IMG/VR virus record: IMGVR_UViG_3300037440_000441
Span: 1-48,162 of that record
DNA: 48,162 bases
Strand: one strand, 5' to 3'
Source of the DNA: a virus
Lineage: Duplodnaviria > Caudoviricetes
Shown: in pieces, positions 45,497-48,162 of the stretch
How positions within the stretch are numbered: position 1 is the stretch's first letter
Layout of the letters: each line of letters opens with the position of its first letter
The notes under the pieces: generated by a model
Databases searched by the model: none
Seen by the model: the letters and a program-made list of their open reading frames with translations, nothing else
What the model was told of the DNA's origin: nothing
Program-made: the position numbers and the translations under genes

Positions 45497-46863
45497 TGGA
45501 TGACCTCCCCCTCGCTATTGAGGCGGATTCGCGGCACTGCTGGCTGCGCAGGCGCACTCTGCGCCGGAGCGGCTGTTCCGCCTTGCGGAACAGCCGAGGC
45601 GTTGGCCGGCGGGGCACCGCCACCAAGATAGCGATCGACCACGATCTGGCGGCTGGCGATGATCTTGCGCGCCGCGTCGATCTTGGCCTTGAGCGCCGGC
45701 GCGCTCGACAGGATGGCTTTCGGGTCACCGAGAATCTCGCGCATGAACACGACGTCCTTGTCGCTGACCGAGCGGTTTTCCTGGCCGGCGAGCGCACTGG
45801 CGCCGGAATAGATGATCAGGCCCCACACGGTGTCGACCTCAGGCAAGCCGGTGTCGTAGCCGCCGAACACGATGTTCGGATCGACGCCGCTGGCCGAGAG
45901 GGTCGACGCGACCTTCTGCGCCGCCTCGCTGATCGTGCCGGCACCGAGCAGCTGTGCGGCATTTTGTCCCAACTGGCCGATCTCCTGGCCGATCGAGCGC
46001 ACCGCGCCGGTCAGTCCGAATCGGGTCGGGTCGCTGAGAAGCTCGTCGGCGTGGCTGGCCAGCGCCTCGAACTGGTCGTAGGCGATGCGCTTCGACTGCA
46101 GGTCGGTGCGCACGGCGTTGGTCAGCCCGACGGCACCGGCGTCGCCTTCGACGTTGCCGATGTAGCCACCGGGCGGCAGCGGCTGGCCAGTCTGCGAATC
46201 GGTCTGGCCGTCGTAGGTAATGAAGTTCCCGCTGCCGTCGCGCATGATGTAGTTGCGCGGCGTGCGGCTCGATGCGTCGGCGCCGAGATAGTTCTGTTCG
46301 GGCGCCGGCAGTTCGCCCATCTGGCCGAAGTGCGTGCCGGCCAGCGTGCCCTTGCGCTCGGTGTCGCTCAGGATCGGCGACAGCCCGGTGAGATTGCCCT
46401 GCTGGCCGAACACCGGATTGCCCTGCGCGTCGAGTGCCGGCAGCGGCTTCTCGTTGAACTGGCGCTGCGTCTCACCCAGCGTCGCCTCGAACGCCGGCTT
46501 GGTGCTGCTGTAGGCACCGCCCGCGCCGGTCGTCGCGTTGACAGCGGCATCGCTGCCCGCGCCCTGCTGCTGGTGAACGCGCCAGCGGTCGTAGTCGGCG
46601 AGCTTCGACGGGTCGATACCGGCGCCGAACATGGCGGCGCCGGCGGCGTTGGCCGGAATGTTCTCGCCCGGCTTGCCGAACAGGCCGAGGATCTTCATCA
46701 TCTCCTCGGTCTCGGTGTTCTGCCGCTGCATCTCGTAAATCTTCTGCCGCTTGAGCTCGTCGCCCAGCGGGTCGGCCTGCTGGCGTCCGCGGCCAAGCGA
46801 CTGCAGCATCTCGCCCATTGGGCCGAGACCGGAGCCGCGGTAGCTGTTGATGATCTTGGGCAT
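45493..46863 (-). CDS. internal virion / ejection protein
   Basis: 456 aa, Gly/Ala/Gln-rich. Synteny supports the call. Confidence 0.6.
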   Translation of the reverse strand: MPKIINSYRGSGLGPMGEMLQSLGRGRQQADPLGDELKRQKIYEMQRQNTETEEMMKILGLFGKPGENIPANAAGAAMFGAGIDPSKLADYDRWRVHQQQGAGSDAAVNATTGAGGAYSSTKPAFEATLGETQRQFNEKPLPALDAQGNPVFGQQGNLTGLSPILSDTERKGTLAGTHFGQMGELPAPEQNYLGADASSRTPRNYIMRDGSGNFITYDGQTDSQTGQPLPPGGYIGNVEGDAGAVGLTNAVRTDLQSKRIAYDQFEALASHADELLSDPTRFGLTGAVRSIGQEIGQLGQNAAQLLGAGTISEAAQKVASTLSASGVDPNIVFGGYDTGLPEVDTVWGLIIYSGASALAGQENRSVSDKDVVFMREILGDPKAILSSAPALKAKIDAARKIIASRQIVVDRYLGGGAPPANASAVPQGGTAAPAQSAPAQPAVPRIRLNSEGEVIQ

Positions 46864-47489
46864 CAGCCGAAGAAACCCCCCAGCCCGGAGAGCAGACCGC
46901 CGAGACCACTGCGCGGCTTGTTCGCCTGCACCTCGGCGAAGTCCTGCTCGTATGGCAGTATCGCCATGTTGCCGCGGCTGAAGTCGTTCTGGATGCCGAT
47001 GTCGCGGCCGGCGCCGGTGGTGTCGACGCCCTGGTCGAACCAGTAGTTGGAGTAGCCACCGAGTGCGCCGAGCGCCTTGGCCTGGGTGGTCGACTGCTGG
47101 AACGTGTCGAGCATCTTCTTGGCAAGCGCGCTGCGCACGATCGGCGGCGCGGAGCCGCTGATCGGCGCGCCCGCCTCATAATCCGGCGTCTCGATGTTGG
47201 CGGCGATCGCCTCGCCAGTGCCCGTCTTGGCCGCGTTGAGATCGCCTTCCGGGTCGGCCGCCTGGCCGTCGGTGCGCTTGTCGAACCGCTCGCGGGCGAC
47301 GCGCGCGTATTCGTCGTTGCGCTTCAGCGCCGACTGAAGCCGCTCGTTGCGCGCCTTGGCGATGCGCGCGGCATTCTTCTGATCCTCGCTGGCCGTGACC
47401 ATGCCGCCGATGCCCTGGAGCAGGCCGCCGAGAAGCATGCCGAAGGGGCCGCCGCCGGCGCCTGCCGCTGCTCCACCTGGAAGGCACAT
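46863..47489 (-). CDS. internal virion protein (gp14-like)
   Basis: MC- start, Gly-rich hydrophobic termini. Confidence 0.6.
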   Translation of the reverse strand: MCLPGGAAAGAGGGPFGMLLGGLLQGIGGMVTASEDQKNAARIAKARNERLQSALKRNDEYARVARERFDKRTDGQAADPEGDLNAAKTGTGEAIAANIETPDYEAGAPISGSAPPIVRSALAKKMLDTFQQSTTQAKALGALGGYSNYWFDQGVDTTGAGRDIGIQNDFSRGNMAILPYEQDFAEVQANKPRSGLGGLLSGLGGFFG

Positions 47490-47499
47490 GGCGCGGCTC

Positions 47500-48126
47500 C
47501 TACTTCACGACCGAGCTTGAGCCCGATCCGCTGGCCGTATAGAGCGACGGCGTCTTGCTGGCGTAAGGATTGCCGAGTTGCGACTGCTGCTGGCCGCTGT
47601 TGGCGAAGCCACTCAGGATGCCGGCGAACAGCGAGCCGAGAGGCGAGAAGCTGGGCGGCGCGGCCAGCGCGGTCGCCTGTCCAGTGGCGCGGGCGCCGAT
47701 GCCTTCCGGGTCGGCGCTCGACTGGTTGAGCGCGTAGAGGTCGGTCTTGGAGTTCTCGACGTTCGAGCGCAGGCTGCGCGACGCCGCATCAGCATCGTTG
47801 GCCACCTGGGTGCGCCCCTGGTCGTAGCTCTTCTGCAACTCGCCGAGCTTGGCGATGCCGGGGCTGGATTCGAGAATGCCTCGGCCGGACAGCGCCGCGG
47901 TCAACTGGTCGAGCGCGGTCTTGTACTGATCGTCGACCTGCGGGTTGTAGTAGCCGGTGTAGCTGTCCTTGTAGCCGCCGTAATAGTCGTCGTTGAAGCC
48001 GGAGTAGGCTTCGTCGATCTTGCCCTTGCCGGCCGTGATGTCGGCTTGGCGCTTCTGCTCGCGCGCCCTGGTCTCGGCTTCGGCCTTGGCGGCTTCATCC
48101 CCTGCTTTGGACTTTGGCATGCACAT
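47500..48126 (-). CDS. internal virion protein
   Basis: MCMPKS start, typical of ejection proteins following a gp13-like gene. Confidence 0.6.
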   Translation of the reverse strand: MCMPKSKAGDEAAKAEAETRAREQKRQADITAGKGKIDEAYSGFNDDYYGGYKDSYTGYYNPQVDDQYKTALDQLTAALSGRGILESSPGIAKLGELQKSYDQGRTQVANDADAASRSLRSNVENSKTDLYALNQSSADPEGIGARATGQATALAAPPSFSPLGSLFAGILSGFANSGQQQSQLGNPYASKTPSLYTASGSGSSSVVK

Positions 48127-48162
48127 CGCGGTCAACCCTGATCCTGAGATCCGGATTGAGCG

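Noticed and set aside
39131-47046. Long plus-strand ORFs (513, 474, 487 aa)
   Set aside because: Shadow frames opposite recognisable minus-strand genes, with no motifs.

Overview
The window looks like a complete, circularly permuted ~48 kb genome of a temperate podovirus-like phage of a GC-rich Alphaproteobacterium. Host clues are a GapR/DUF2312 gene, a perfect CtrA box and an attP matching tRNA-Glu(CUC). The minus-strand morphogenesis operon (TerL, portal, scaffold, major capsid, decoration, tail adaptor and nozzle, gp13-like protein) continues across the window end into the ejection proteins, a serine protease, the lysis genes and a T5 A1-like metallophosphoesterase. A repressor-xis-int cassette and attP follow. 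The centre holds small early genes, a detached small terminase, a prim-pol/AAA helicase with a likely origin, and a plus-strand replication arm (RuvC, DUF2800 nuclease, DUF2815 SSB, Acb2 anti-CBASS, GapR, DNA methyltransferase, HNH, Pol A). The most striking observation is a 73-nt tRNA-Gly-like cloverleaf (G1-C72/C2-G71/G3-C70, U73, encoded CCA, aberrant anticodon and T arms) inside the 5' end of a Mom-family (XF1762-like) DNA-modification gene. It covers a candidate RBS and start codon of that gene, suggesting a dedicated glycyl-donor tRNA or a tRNA-mimic autoregulatory element. All family assignments come from motif recognition by eye, not database searches.
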